A stretch of DNA of 51,074 nt, counting the filler, from Circinaria calcarea (Eukaryota): the NCBI GenBank assembly GCA_051942165.1. It is 3 parts of 3 records of this genome, joined end to end, with 100 filler letters (N's around TTAATTAATTAA, not from the genome) between each part and the next. Parts side by side here need not be neighbours in the genome. Positions count along the whole stretch, not along the records: positions 1 to 16,989 come from JAVECS010000294.1; positions 17,090 to 34,052 come from JAVECS010000295.1; 1 more part is not named here. One strand, given 5' to 3'. A program made the translations under genes and the position numbers. Shown here piece after piece: positions 14,201 to 28,172 of this stretch. Position 1 is the stretch's first letter, and each line of letters opens with the position of its first letter. Below the pieces are notes generated by a model. The model was not told the DNA's origin. It did no database searches and saw nothing but the letters and a program-made list of their open reading frames with translations.

Positions 14201-14263
14201 TATCAGTACCCACCAGCTCAGTTTGATGACTCGCAACGACAGGCCAACGAAGACATGTGGTGA
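11215..14263 (+). CDS. Zds1-like PP2A-Cdc55 regulator (Zds_C domain) with polyQ tail
   Basis: Zds_C signature WTRFSILEERAIYRMAHLKLANPKRALYSQVLLSNFMYSYL and N-terminal LYWVPASVHPELAP motif. Proposed 2-codon first exon ATGAGA at 11215, intron 11221-11344 (in frame), last intron 13880-13927. Confidence 0.85.
13767..13965 (+). repeat. CAG/CAA-rich polyglutamine tracts on both sides of the last intron of the Zds1-like gene
   Basis: QQRQQQQQAQQQQMQQQQAQ and QQQLQQQQQEQ read directly from the sequence. Confidence 0.85.
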
Positions 14264-14934
14264 TTGCATTCCGTCTGGACGAGGCATGGGGTCTTATGGC
14301 AATTTACGGGAGTTGAGGGAACAAGTGTGAGGGAATGAAATGAATGGAGGTTGAAATGCTGGGTCTGTGGGACGTTCAATCCTACCGTGGGTCTGAAATG
14401 GCATACTGGATCGGTTGCGTTGGCCTTTCCCGGTATGTCGTGTATTATTTCTTGCGTGGAGCCTTAGGGTTCCCATTCCAGTTATTGCAGACACTGTCAC
14501 TGTCGGTGTCGGACCTTATAGATCTGTACGACTTACAATAGGTGTGACATTTGGCGGTTACCTTACTAGTTTCGACTGCTACGCTACCATAGTAATTTGT
14601 CAGTCCCCGGGTAGCGTAGGGCAACAGGGCTGGATGGAGGAACTAGTGGAAACCGTCAGTATTGGGGGACCGATAACCGATAGGAGAGGAGATACCGCCG
14701 TACAGCTAAAACAGTTAGTGTGCGCATGCACGTAATCGTCATTTTCAAATAGGTGCAAACTAGAAATCCATCGAATCAACAGTTCTGGGTGCATCACATA
14801 AGTAGATCAATAGATGGACTTGTCAACTCAAATACTACCTTGTTTTATACCCCTGTGTCTGTGAAATTACTAACCCTCTCATCGAAAGTGAAATCCAGAG
14901 CCGAGGAGGAGGAGCTTTTCCATATAAACCACTG

Positions 14935-15639
14935 ATGCGCCTCCCTTCTTTCCCCACCATCCTGCGAGCATTCTACACCGTCCGCATTCTTCCCGCATCA
15001 TCCCCGAACGCCCTACTTTCCCTCAACCGATCCACGCTCCTGAAGTCTATGCCTTCCGTCCCTTTCATCGGCTCCTTGTTCAGCAGCTCTCCCTCCTCCA
15101 AGAAGATGGAGTCTTTCGCCGTTCAAAAGTCCGACGATGAGTGGCAAGCCATCTTGAGCAAAGGTGCGAAATTATTCCTCCCAACATACCCACATAATCC
15201 CCCCTCTCCCCTCTTCTCACTAACATTCTCTCTCCAAACAGATCAATTCCGCGTCCTCCGTGAAAAAGGCACCGAAGCCCCCTTTACCGGCACCTACGAC
15301 AAGCACATGCCCGCCGAGGGCGTCTACGGCTGCGCCGGCTGCGGCGCCCCGCTCTACAAGGCCAACCACAAGTTCAAGTCCGGCTGCGGGTGGCCGGCCT
15401 ACTTTGACAACATCCCCGGCGCCGTGACCCGGCACACGGACCGCACCTTTGGCATGTCGCGCACCGAGATTGTCTGCTCGAATTGCGGCGGGCATCTGGG
15501 CCACGTGTTCAAGGGGGAAGGCTACCCGACGCCGACGGATGAGCGGCATTGCGTCAACAGTGTCAGTTTGAAGTTTCAGAAGGACGATCCGGTTGTGGAG
15601 GGGGAGAAGGGCGTGGAGAAGGGGGGGAGTAAGGTGTAA
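14935..15639 (+). CDS. msrB: Methionine-R-sulfoxide reductase (MsrB/SelR, Mxr2-like), one in-frame intron about 15164-15241
   Basis: QFRVLREKGTEAPFTG, CAGC and CSNC zinc pairs, KFKSGCGWPAY, GHLGHVF, RHCVNSVSLKF. Confidence 0.95.
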   Translation: MRLPSFPTILRAFYTVRILPASSPNALLSLNRSTLLKSMPSVPFIGSLFSSSPSSKKMESFAVQKSDDEWQAILSKGAKLFLPTYPHNPPSPLFSLTFSLQTDQFRVLREKGTEAPFTGTYDKHMPAEGVYGCAGCGAPLYKANHKFKSGCGWPAYFDNIPGAVTRHTDRTFGMSRTEIVCSNCGGHLGHVFKGEGYPTPTDERHCVNSVSLKFQKDDPVVEGEKGVEKGGSKV

Positions 15640-16689
15640 GTTTGGGGGAAGGACATGGGATTTATGGTGGGAAGAGTTGGGAAGTCTTTGATCCTGGTCG
15701 AAGGAACTTGTGGAGCTCCTTTTGCCCACTAGATGCGCTGAGCCTCCTTAATGAGGGAACGCATGCTTAATGAAAAATGTACCATTCACCAGCCCCTGCT
15801 GCTCACAGTGTCCCAGCTTCCGTCTAGCCTGCAAAGGAGTCCCCAAATAATCGATCTAATAGTAGATAAACGAGCAGGGGTAGGTTCAAATACTCACCGG
15901 GCTTTTCTTTTCTTTTCTCTTCTTTTCTTTTTCATTTTTAGGTTAAAGTCCAAAACGATGTCTTTGTTTCCGTGAACCCCCTTCTTGGGATCCAAACCGT
16001 CGGACGTTTTCTTTGGGTCTCGCTTCCTGTTGGCATTTTTCTTTTTGGGGGGGGGAGGGGGAGAAGAGTTGGAAAGATTTTTCTCCCTATTGCCGTTCCC
16101 GTTACTCTATCAGCTATGGACCGGAGCTCTGTTCTATGGGGGATGGTGGTGAGTTTACCTCCGAGATGTCACCAGATATCTATATGCATTAACCCAGAAC
16201 GCAGCCTTCTTGTTACTACTTTCGACGGACAGACGGAATCAGTAGATATTAGGGCTATTACTTTATAGCTCCCGTGAAATAACTATGTGCAGCAGAAATA
16301 ACTTTTGGAGCTTTATCCAGCAAAGTTCGAACTGTGGAGATTGTATTTTTATCACCATGCTCGTTGAATTATGAGTTTATACTCACAGGACTGTGTCCAA
16401 TCGAAACAAAGTCACAATCTCCTTCCCCCGTGCAGCGGTAATGTATGAATTGTTGAACCTTAATCAAGGGATCCATCAGTGTAATTTTATAAAACCCTAA
16501 ATAGATTGTACCTCGTTCTCGCTTACCTTGCAGCCTAGACCAACTGTCATCATAATTTGAGTTATAACTACTCCCTAAAACAACGTAGCTGAATTGACGC
16601 TCAACCTATTCTCTTCCTTACCCAGCATTTGTTCATACCGTGTGTCAAATTGTAACAAGCCTTCATCAATTAAACCAGGTGGCACCACA

Positions 16690-16989
16690 ATGTCCAGAAG
16701 GGTGCCCAACCCAGCTGCAGATCGAGCTGCACAGAACACGCAAACCATCAAGAGCCTACTCAAACTAGAGGGCAATAAAGTCTGCGCCGATTGCAAGAGG
16801 AACAAACGTAGGATATCATACTCTTCCTTTCCTCCAACTCTATAGTTGCAGCAGCCGGACTTCGCTGGCTAACTCCTGCCTAATCATAGATCCAAGATGG
16901 GCCAGCTGGAACTTGGGAGTATTTGTTTGCATTCGGTACGCACCGCGTTGAACTAAATGTACCATTCTACGTTCTTACCCGGTACAGAT
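16690..16989 (+). CDS. ArfGAP (Age2/SMAP-like), 5' part only, truncated by contig end
   Basis: MSRRVPNPAADRAAQNTQTIKSLLKLEGNKVCADCKRNK-intron-HPRWASWNLGVFVCIR is the start of the ArfGAP C4 zinc finger. Confidence 0.88.
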
Positions 16990-17089
16990 NNNNNNNNNNN
17001 NNNNNNNNNNNNNNNNNNNNNNNNNNNNNNNNNTTAATTAATTAANNNNNNNNNNNNNNNNNNNNNNNNNNNNNNNNNNNNNNNNNNNN
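16990..17089. other. Artificial contig-joining spacer (N44-TTAATTAATTAA-N44)
   Basis: 100-nt N block with a six-frame stop linker at 17034-17045. Confidence 0.97.
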
Positions 17090-18038
17090 AATAAGGAGTT
17101 GAAAAAGGGGTTGGCAGCTGCCGGCGTCAATGGAAATCGTGTGAGCGAATAGCCGCTCAATATTTCTTTCGTACACATATATCCGACACTAAGCAGCAGT
17201 TTGTTCGAATGCAATGGCGGATATGATGGAGTTGGTGGCCTTGTTGCTCTCGCATATGACTTAATGGAAAGCTTTGAACCTGATAGACCAGTGCGGAGGG
17301 AATTTGAATTTGAAGACCTCCAGTGGCGGAAAGGCGTGATAATGGATATTTTGGAAATTTCCACTTTTAAGGAGGCATCCTTGATTGGCTCTAGCTTTTC
17401 ACCTGAATGCTTGAATCAACTCCTCTCAAACTTCAGACGTATCAAGCACTCCCTGAAGGTTAAAAATGGCATTTGCTCCTTCCAATTGAAATCTCATGCA
17501 CATGCTTGCTGCCTTGGCTTTTGAATTCTCAGTAATGAGATTCGTAGCCATTCGCCCTCTAACTTCATCCTTGGTGAAGCATATGGAGTATGGCAGTAGT
17601 AATTTCTGGGCAGATTCGTCCACCCTCATTCCAGCCTCCTGTCCATGCCCTAATCAGACTTGATCTCATGGAACGGCGGAACCTGAGACCGACGTTCGTC
17701 TAGCTAGCGGCTGCTGCTTCAGGCTGCTTTTGGGTGAAACGGGCGTCCAGGCTCATTCTGTAGCGTCATCAAAGAAACTCATCCTCACGCGACAAGGAAG
17801 GTGTAGTCCAGCCTTTTCCCTTGGAGGACATCCTGTGCTGTCTGCTCTTTCAGCATTCATTCTGTACCCTCACAGGATTGTCTCGATCCAACAACCACTC
17901 TTGCGCAAAGTACCTTTACCTATACTCCCTGGTCTTCCGCGTCAAATCCTTTCTTGTCCTGAATGCACCCCAGTGCTACCCTGCAAATCGCCTTGTACAA
18001 TTTAACCGCATCCAAGTGCAATATAGTATCCTATCACC

Positions 18039-20032
18039 ATGGGTCAGACTCTATCAGAGCCGGTTACGGAAAAGGTATGCTGCAATTCTAGTTTTTCCTG
18101 CCCAAAACCTGCACTCACATGAACTGCTATCTGTGGATTAAATCTGGTCTGGCTTGGCTCCTATTCTTGGAATCATGGACCGAATTGGCCATATGACCTG
18201 AGCTGTATGGCTCAATCCCAATAATGAGGCGCTTGCATTGCTTATCCGCCACTGTCAAGTTGTAGTGCTGACTCAGTGAATCCGTAGGCATCAGACGGAG
18301 GTCAAGACGAGCGTCTCGCCTACGGACTCTCTGCCATGCAAGGATGGCGTATTAGTATGGAAGATGCGCACACGGCGGTCCTTGACCTGCAGGCAGAAAT
18401 ACCAGGGCAAGATCCTCAAGCCGCACCCACAGAAGATCGGCTTAGTTTCTTCGCGGTCTATGATGGACATGGAGGAGATCGAGTTGCTCTGTTTGCAGGA
18501 GAAAATGTGCACAAAATTATTTCAAGACAAGAGGCGTTCAAGAACGGGAACATTGAGCAAGCATTAAAGGACGGGTTCCTTGCAACAGATCGGGCTCTTT
18601 TGAACGGTTCTCATACGACATTGTTATGCGCAGTTAGACTTACTAACCATCCCGCGTAGACCCAAAATTTGAAGATGAGCCATCAGGATGTACTGCATCT
18701 GTTGCAATTATCTCAAACACAAAGATATACGTAGTAGGTTGCGCTTGCCTAAGGTTGCTGCCTATCTTGGTCAGTCTGTCATGCTAACAATCCACTTAGG
18801 CAAATGCTGGAGACTCTCGATCTGTTCTTGGTATCAAAGGACGAGCTAAGCCTCTTTCTTATGACCACAAGCCACAAAACGAAGGTAACGGCCCACACTC
18901 GTTCATAAACTGCTACAACCAGCTTTTATTTGTATGGAATGTGGACTTACACCTAACTCTACATTTCTCTCCACCTCTTCCTGTTATGCACGTCACGGGC
19001 TAACATGATTTCAGGGGAAAAAGCACGCATTTGTGCTGCAGGCGGATTTGTTGACTTTGGCCGTGTCAATGGCAATTTAGCCTTGTCTCGCGCTCTGGGG
19101 GACTTCGAGTTTAAAAAGAGTGCAGAGCTCTCTCCCGAACAACAGATTGTCACTGCATATCCGGACGTGATCACGCATACCATTTCCGATGATGACGAGT
19201 TCCTCGTTATTGCTTGTGACGGTACGTAGAAAAATATGTTTCATCCCTTTCTTCTAAACTAAAACCTCACCCACAGGTATCTGGGACTGCCAGTCTTCCC
19301 AGGCTGTTGTCGAGTTCGTTAGAAGGGGCATTGCCGCGAAACAAGAATTGCACACAATCTGCGAGAACATGATGGATAATTGCCTCGCTTCAAACAGCGA
19401 GACCGGGGGCGTTGGTTGCGACAACATGACTATGGCTGTTGTTGCGCTTCTACGAGGCAAGTCCAAGGACGAATGGTATAAACAGATCGGGGACAGGGTT
19501 GCCAACGGTGACGGGCCTTGTGCGCCGCCTGAATACGGTAGAGTTGAATAGGGTCTAGTTTCTAGTGTACATAGCTAAAGCATTACAAACAGCCGAGAAT
19601 CGCGGCCCAGGAGTGGGTCACCAGCATAATGGCGGCGAAGAGGACTACGATCTCGATATGGATCAGCGTACGCGTGGCATTGGTGGCCGATCCGGCAGAA
19701 TCATTCTGTTGGGTGATGGTACGGAGGTATTGACTGATAGTGATGAGGCGGAAATGTTTGATCGTGACGACGAGGAGCAAGCACACCCAAACGATGAAAC
19801 GGCTGGTTCCAGGAATAGGCGTGAGGAGACTCCAGCACCGCAGTCAAAGCAAAACTCTGAGACTAGCCATACTCCAACGTCAACTGAAGCGCAAGATCCT
19901 TTCGACTCTCCGTCTTCGACTATAACCGAGAATTCATTGGCGCCCACGGATAAGCCCGTAACCAAGATTCACGCGGCCGCCGATAGTGACATCCCTAGCA
20001 AATTGGTTAATCCTCCAAAGCCGCATGCATGA
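18039..20032 (+). CDS. Protein phosphatase 2C (Ptc2/Ptc3 type), multi-exon
   Basis: [12 protein letters not shown] start, [63 protein letters not shown]. Confidence 0.95.
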
Positions 20033-21004
20033 ACTCGGAGTCGTCATAACCTACCAGTACACCTTTCGTGTTGGATCAGTGGCTCGTCGGATGTTTATGA
20101 GCTACGAAAGTGATGTCTTATGTGCGGCTTCCTGTGCGGCTCTACTGAAGCATTACCGGGCACCAGCGATGATTTATTACTCGTTTATTCCTTTATAGCG
20201 ACTTCTCGTTCTAGAGCAGCCGTGGTGATACCCTAGCACCCGAACAGGTTTGCTTTCAACCAGACCCTCCTACATCAATCTTCGAGATGTTACAACAGAT
20301 TACAGACTCATTGAGTAATGTTGAATAGACCACGGCTGGCTGCTTCCCTACGATGTACATAGGGTTCGCAACAGATCTGCCTAGTTTAAGCACACTGCAT
20401 GGGATGCCATCCCCGTCCTTGTACCTCCACTAGGCTCTACTAGAAAGTGATTCACTTCATTCAAGCTTTCCTTCTCGACAGTCATTGAAAGATCACCTCT
20501 CGTTTAATTCTCTGGGTATCTTTCAGGAGTGCGGGCATATGCGGTCCTCGGAATAAATTGGAAAACTTTATCATCATGTAGTTGACTACAGTAGTACATC
20601 AATGTTTTCCCGTAGCTTCGATAGCTGTCTTGAAAATCCGGTATTGCTTAGGGCTTGCCTCATGTAGCCTGAGAGCATTGATATCCCTGTCTGTGGCGGC
20701 TCAGGGGCGGCTAAAATATTGGCGAGCCTGCTTGCCGGGGCGAACTATGACGATCAATTTGTGAATTTTGGGAACAGGGAATTGCAACTTTCTTGATCAT
20801 TGTAACATAGCTAAGCCAACTTATGTTTTCTCTAGACAGCCAGCATTGAACCAATGCGGACTATAGCTTGGTATGAGCATTGAGGCACTCTCTGAGTGAT
20901 CCTTAACTGTACGTTGCGAGTGTGGTTCTGACGCCTTGTGGCTGCTGATGCTCAAGCAGCGAACGTGGCTTCACTCAACAACAGTCACCCAATAAACTCG
21001 CGTC

Positions 21005-22588
<1,584 letters not shown>

Positions 22589-23101
22589 AAACCAATTCGT
22601 TACTTTTCGTATTACACCTTTATGGACCTTGCTAGCGGTCTTTCGGAAGACAAAAGAGGTTGTTTTTATGCGGAAGGTAGCGTGCTAGAGCGATGAAATA
22701 TTATGACCGCGGGCATGCATGCACAAGTTTAGTTTTAATAACAGCAGCTGTAACTCAACGTGATATCTCTTGAGGCGTTGTTTTCCTCAGCTTGTAACTG
22801 TAAAGGCGTGGAACTCGAACTGGAACTGGTTTCGCGGAATCCTTTGTAGGAGGACTTTTTGGCCCAACGGGATATTCAACAATATCCTACAAAGCGATCT
22901 TACATTTTACCCCACTGTTACAATCGCATTGCTCATCCAGCAAGAAGGTCTGTCCGATGGAGCAAGGATCTCGAATTCCCATCTAACAGATCTGACAACA
23001 ACCAGCACATGACGCGCCGGTGCTACATGCCCCGATAGCTGAACAAAGTTCTCCACTAAGCCTCCCCTCCAATACCATCCCGCCATGTCACTCCTCCCCT
23101 C

Positions 23102-23666
23102 CTATGACCTAGGTTTCTCCTTCTTCTCCTTCCATAGCGCCGACAGTCCTACCCCGGACACCTTTACGACCTTGAACCGCACCCCGGGGATATCACCCTT
23201 GGCTTTACCCTTTCGGCCGAAGCCGGAGAGGAGGACCTCGTCGTTTTCGTCGACGAAGTTGAGGCAGCCGTCGTTGGGGACTGTGTGGGTCAGATGGGTC
23301 CTGTTTGGAGGATGAAATAAAAGGGGAGGGGCGGTGGTTCAGAGGGGGCAACTTTGTGGCAATATTCTCTCCCCCCGCCTCCAAACGAAATTGTAAAGAG
23401 AACGTACCGAAAGCAGTGACCTTCTTCCCGTTCTTGATCAATTGCACCCTCACGCATTTCCGGATAGCGCTGTTTGGCTGCTTGGCCTCGACGCCGACTT
23501 TTTCCAGCACGATGCCCTTGGCGTGCGACGAGCCTCCGAACGGTGACGATTTGAAGGCGGTACCGAGGAGACGCTTCTTGTAGTGGAGATCGGCCCATTT
23601 GCCTTCGCGGCGATGGTTACGCAGTTTGCGGGCGGCGTTGAGACCACGGGGCTTGCCTTTACCCAT
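23102..23666 (-). CDS. RPS23: 40S ribosomal protein S23 (uS12), one coding intron (about 23281-23407) plus a 5'UTR intron 23672-23772
   Basis: [16 protein letters not shown]...[72 protein letters not shown]...KEKPRS*. Confidence 0.98.
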
Positions 23667-24023
23667 GATTGCTGCAGAAGGGGAGGGGTTGTTAGTCAAT
23701 TTTAAAGGTTTGAGGTTGTTACGAAGGAGAAAGAGAAGGAGCTGGTGTGGGAGAGGTGGATCGGAAACTCACCGACTGTTTTGTGGTCGTTAAATGGGTT
23801 CAATTAACGTCGTTGTCGTCGATAAACTTGGGTTACGCAAATCTATCAGAGTGTGGGCGTGGTCAGGGCTAAGCGAGCATCTCGGGTCGGCAAAAAGAAT
23901 ACCCGAACTCTATTGGACGAGCATATATTTCAATACCTAATAATCTACAGGTTTCTCGTGCGCAGAAGTAGAGCCAGTCCCGACGTCTAATGATGATACT
24001 GTAAGGATTTGCTACTTAAGATA

Positions 24024-24794
24024 ATGTCCACCCTTTCTCCCACATCCGCGAAATCGACCCTTTCCCCAACGACTACAGCCCCTCCCTCTCGAAACCCGCA
24101 GCGGCCCCCTCCACCTTCCCTGTTTCTTGGGCCTCCTTCTCAGAACGCTTCCGCTATCTCTCTATCGTCGATTCAACCGACTACCTCCCGAACTCAAGCG
24201 CCTGCTCCCCTTCTGCGCAATCGCTCCGCCGGAGGACCCGATGCTTTAAGAAATCCAATCACTAGTTCATCCCTTCCTCGCTCGTCCCAACAGCAAAGAC
24301 AGCAGTTGCTGCACCAAAATGAAGGAGATCGTACCGATGCTCTATGGGCGGAAATGCAAGCTACCCTCGCAGAAGTTGAGCTCAGCGCTGCAAGGGGTAC
24401 ACATTTCTTCGGTCCTGAGCATTCCGCCGCGCTTGAAGAACTACGGACGGCGCAGATCTCGCTTGCGCAAGCATGGGCACGGAGCGAGGCCGATGAGATA
24501 GTTGACCATCCTAGCGAGCACGATGATGATGCTGGCAACAGCGCTAGTCCTTCCGGGAATAAGGATGGTGAAGACAGAGGGAAAGGGCTAGAGGAGGAGA
24601 CGGAGGGCGACATACTATTAGGCCGAAAGAGGCGAGAGGCGAATGATAAATATTTCAAGAGGGTTAATGTTGGGGTTCTTGACGTTGTGGGTAGATTAGA
24701 GGAGGTAGCTGTTGCAATGGAGAAGGTGGAAAGGGAGAGTAGGGAGATTTGGAGCGAGAGCGAGAGTATAGGATCGGTGTCCGGCAGTTCCTGA
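24024..24794 (+). CDS. Conserved fungal hypothetical protein (disordered N-terminus, helical C-terminus)
   Basis: Intronless ORF of about 256 aa with helical blocks TDALWAEMQATLAEVEL, HSAALEELRTAQISLAQAW, RREANDKYFKRVNVGVLDVVGRLEEVA. Confidence 0.7.
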   Translation: MSTLSPTSAKSTLSPTTTAPPSRNPQRPPPPSLFLGPPSQNASAISLSSIQPTTSRTQAPAPLLRNRSAGGPDALRNPITSSSLPRSSQQQRQQLLHQNEGDRTDALWAEMQATLAEVELSAARGTHFFGPEHSAALEELRTAQISLAQAWARSEADEIVDHPSEHDDDAGNSASPSGNKDGEDRGKGLEEETEGDILLGRKRREANDKYFKRVNVGVLDVVGRLEEVAVAMEKVERESREIWSESESIGSVSGSS

Positions 24795-25960
24795 TAGGAG
24801 TGGAAATGATGAGAGTCCCATAATCTTTGAAGGAGGTCAATGAACCCACATGCTCCAGTATTCATCCGTGGAACTCATCAATCTGGTAAGCATTTTCAAA
24901 CTCTTTAGGAAACTTGGATTTACTCTAACGTATGTGTATGTAGCTTGTGGAAATGTCACTAGCACGCTGACATCATACTACACCTACAAAGCAGATGCAC
25001 CAAATATGCTAGGACTGTAGATGGGGTTGCAGGACGCTCAATAATCCACACCACGAAATTTCAAGACACGTGCCATCACAACGAATCCTAGCTCTTGGAG
25101 TTATTCCGAGTAAGATAATGAGGGAACATCTCACGTTTACGACATGAGAAGTACTTCGTTCTCCTCAAAGAGTAAGGTAGAGACTGCATTTGGAAAGCCT
25201 CTATTGTGAAGGATATAGGGTGCTCCGCTATGCTCCTAAGGTATAGGCAAAGACGCTGTCGAGAATGGGTAACGGGGGCCTAAATAGTGAAGAATCAAGG
25301 AGTATATGGCATGATCTGACTGCTACAGTATGGTGCACATATAGGGGGAATATCAGGACGGGTTTCAGTATCGTACTTCTGACTGCTCTGCTGCTCTGCT
25401 GTGTGCTATCTCTTGAAAGAAGTGTGTAGGAGTCCTCCATGCCTGCCTGCCCATTCCATATGCGCGCCAAGCCACTAGTTGCCTTGGCTCCACCACACTA
25501 TCAACCTATTTGCGAGAGTTTGTGTGAGCGAACGTCTCATACAATGATACCCCTCAGCAAAAGTTGGGGCGTATCATCTTGAGGAGTCTCCACTCTTCAA
25601 GAAGATGTGACATGGAAAATCTGCATCAAGACTCCCAGATGAACTTGTGGGTATATCTCGCTGTATCATATTATCACTGGTTTGGCAAGCGAGGCTCCTC
25701 CCTAAGCCAAACGACTTTATCTCTATGATCTTTAGTATTACTGGGGAAAATAGATCTTTGAGCCAACCATCGTCACAGAGACACCAATTATCTTATTCCA
25801 TTATCAGGTAAATACACATGTAGCTATTAAAGTTCACCGAAGCCCTGATCTGGTGCTTAAGATTCCTCCATCCACTTTACCTGACTATACGCTCACCTAC
25901 TTCCATTACCTACGCCCACAAAGAATATTCTGATTCTAAATTTGATCTAGTCCTCTTCAC

Positions 25961-26696
25961 ATGGTTTCGTCTGCGGTCTCAGCGATGTCGCAATCATGGC
26001 CTCCAAGGTGAGTGCCTTTGGGTACCTCTCATTATTCATTACTGACAGCTACCACGAAGCTCCGCATTCGACAATATCGTCATTGTCTTGATCGGGCGTG
26101 AGAAAGTGAAATTTGAATTGCACAAGGGCTTATTGATGTACTACTCGGAATATTTTCGAGGTGCGTTTAATGGTAGCTTTAAAGAGGCGGAGGAGAACAC
26201 TGTTCATCTGCCCGAGGAAAAGGTAGAGGTCTTTAAGTTGGTGAACAGCTGGCTCTACACTCGACACCTAGCAGATACTTTGGAAAAAGAAACCAGCTTA
26301 GCCTTTGGCCTTCTCCTTGGTGTCTTCCTGTTCGGCGAGAGGCGTATTGTTCGTCTGTTGCAGAATGATACGATTGATATCATCATTCGGAAATGCACGG
26401 AGAACAATAAGATATCTCCATTCATAGTCAAAGCCGCCTATGAGAACACACCTACATCTTCGCCTATCCGAAAGCTCTTGGTTCATATTGCTGTACATAG
26501 GTCAAATCCAGACTTCCCGTCTAAACACTCTGAGAACTACCCAAAAGAATACCTCATCGATGTTGTGGCATACATGAAGAAGCTCAACCTTGCAGGTATT
26601 GAGACGTGGACCAGGGACTGGAGCTTCTTCGTGCCATCAAATTATCATCTTCCAGTAAATGCTGCTGGGACTGTCGGGAACTCGACTGAGACCTAG
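25961..26696 (+). CDS. BTB/POZ domain protein
   Basis: ATG at 25961, GTGAGT...AG intron, then IVIVLIGREKVKFELHKGLLMYYSEYFRGAFNGSFKEAEENTVHLPEEKVEVFKLVNSWLYT, typical of fungal BTB proteins. Confidence 0.85.
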
Positions 26697-27006
26697 GTTA
26701 GAAGTGAGTTCATCCGGATTGGACCATTTGCACGTCTGTCTTGGCTGGCTGATGATATAGTAGTAAGAGGGTGCCGGAGCATCGAGCGAGTACGTACTGT
26801 TGTAAATAGCTACAGCTGGAGATGCAGCTTGTGCCGTCAGGAGTCAGGATCGTAGTGGGTGGATGCCCTCAATACCACGCTGAAACTTCGATATTGCTCA
26901 GGCTATGTCGTATTTGGGATGATCCTATCTAGACAAGCGCTCCAACACGAAAATTTTCCTCTTTGGTGATTTCTGCAATGATCTCGCCTACCATTCAAAC
27001 TTGCTG

Positions 27007-27929
27007 CTAGAACTCTGATACTTGCTTTTTCCTGACTTCATATCTGTCTTATGGGTTAGTAACTCTCCACAGGAGCGACGTAGTAGGCATACAAGAAGAC
27101 TCCTTTCTCGCCTGCCACTGCATCCAAAGGTACTTCCCTGACCTCAAACCTCCTTCTCAGCCCCTTGACAAACACCCCGTCCGCCCTTCTCCTCTTTTTT
27201 AAGCAGAACCAACATATAGTGATATTACTCATCATTGCCCCCATTGTTTCAAGTAGGAGAGGAAATGCGGGCTCGTAGTAGACACAGTCGGCCGCAAGGA
27301 GTATGTCGGGATAGCAATGGGACGAGGGAAGAGAAGGGGGAAGAGGTAAGCCCCAGGGGAGAGCGGTAGAGATAATGGCCGTAGATGGCAGCGAGTTGAA
27401 TGAGATATTATGGGATTGAAGGGGAAGGAGGATGTCCAGGTCTGTAATCAAAATGGGTGGTGTGGATGCATTCCCGGGAGCAGCTTGAAGAAAACCGAGG
27501 GCTAAAGCAAGGCTATATCTATGAGCATCGATTTCTACACGTAGTGGAAGATCTACAGTACCCTACCAAGCCTCCACCAGCTCCCAATTCAACTCTTCAA
27601 TCCTCCCAATCCAATCAGTACCAGCTTTTAGAATCTGGTTACCAAGCAAAAATGAGAATTCAGGAGCATACAAACATCGTCTTTCCCCTCAACCCCTCCT
27701 TCTCCCTCAGCAAGAACTTGGCGAGCACCATTCCAGCCGGCCACAGCTGTCCCCCGCAGCCTTCTTTCAGGTCCTCATGCAGGTAGAGTGGCGGATCCAG
27801 GAGGCCATCAAAATCGAGGGCGGTGACACCGGGCTCCTTGACAGCGCGCGAGGGTATGAGATCTTCACTGATGGAGAATGGGGGATTCTCGGGAGAAGCT
27901 TCGGACTCCGAGTCGGAGCGATGGGACAT
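27007..27929 (-). CDS. EFM6: Protein-lysine N-methyltransferase, METTL21/Efm6-like (seven-beta-strand family 16), 4 exons
   Basis: EGCGGQLWPAGMVLAK, spliced motif I KTIVELGAGGGLVGL, ITDL, ILLAADCVYYEPAF (DxxY), KKRRRAD. Last exon YEVRKKQVSEF*. Confidence 0.85.
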
Positions 27930-28172
27930 TGTTTGAGATATCAGTGAGGGTTTTGTTCGTGGAGTGTTGTTCAATTCGATGGAGGTGGAACGGGGGCTTA
28001 ACTCCGAAGTATAGTACTAACTCGATTAGGGTTTCTACTGGTATAAGTCGGAAGTCATCGGCACTGTCCTCCGACTGGCGACTGGCTCCCTTGAATGGCA
28101 GCTTAAGGGATACTTCAGTACATGAACTTGAGAGGCTTGTTGTACACGGTTTATACTCCTCTGATATTCACC

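Noticed and set aside
15900..16070. T-rich and G-run low-complexity tract between msrB and ArfGAP
   Set aside because: Simple sequence with no supportable function.
17034..17045. TTAATTAATTAA palindromic motif within N runs (also 34097-34108)
   Set aside because: Assembly linker with stops in all six frames. It is not biological, and gene adjacency across it (such as kinase-SAPS) cannot be trusted.
17090..18038. Short ORFs upstream of PP2C
   Set aside because: No recognisable domains or coherent splice structure. Probably intergenic or UTR.
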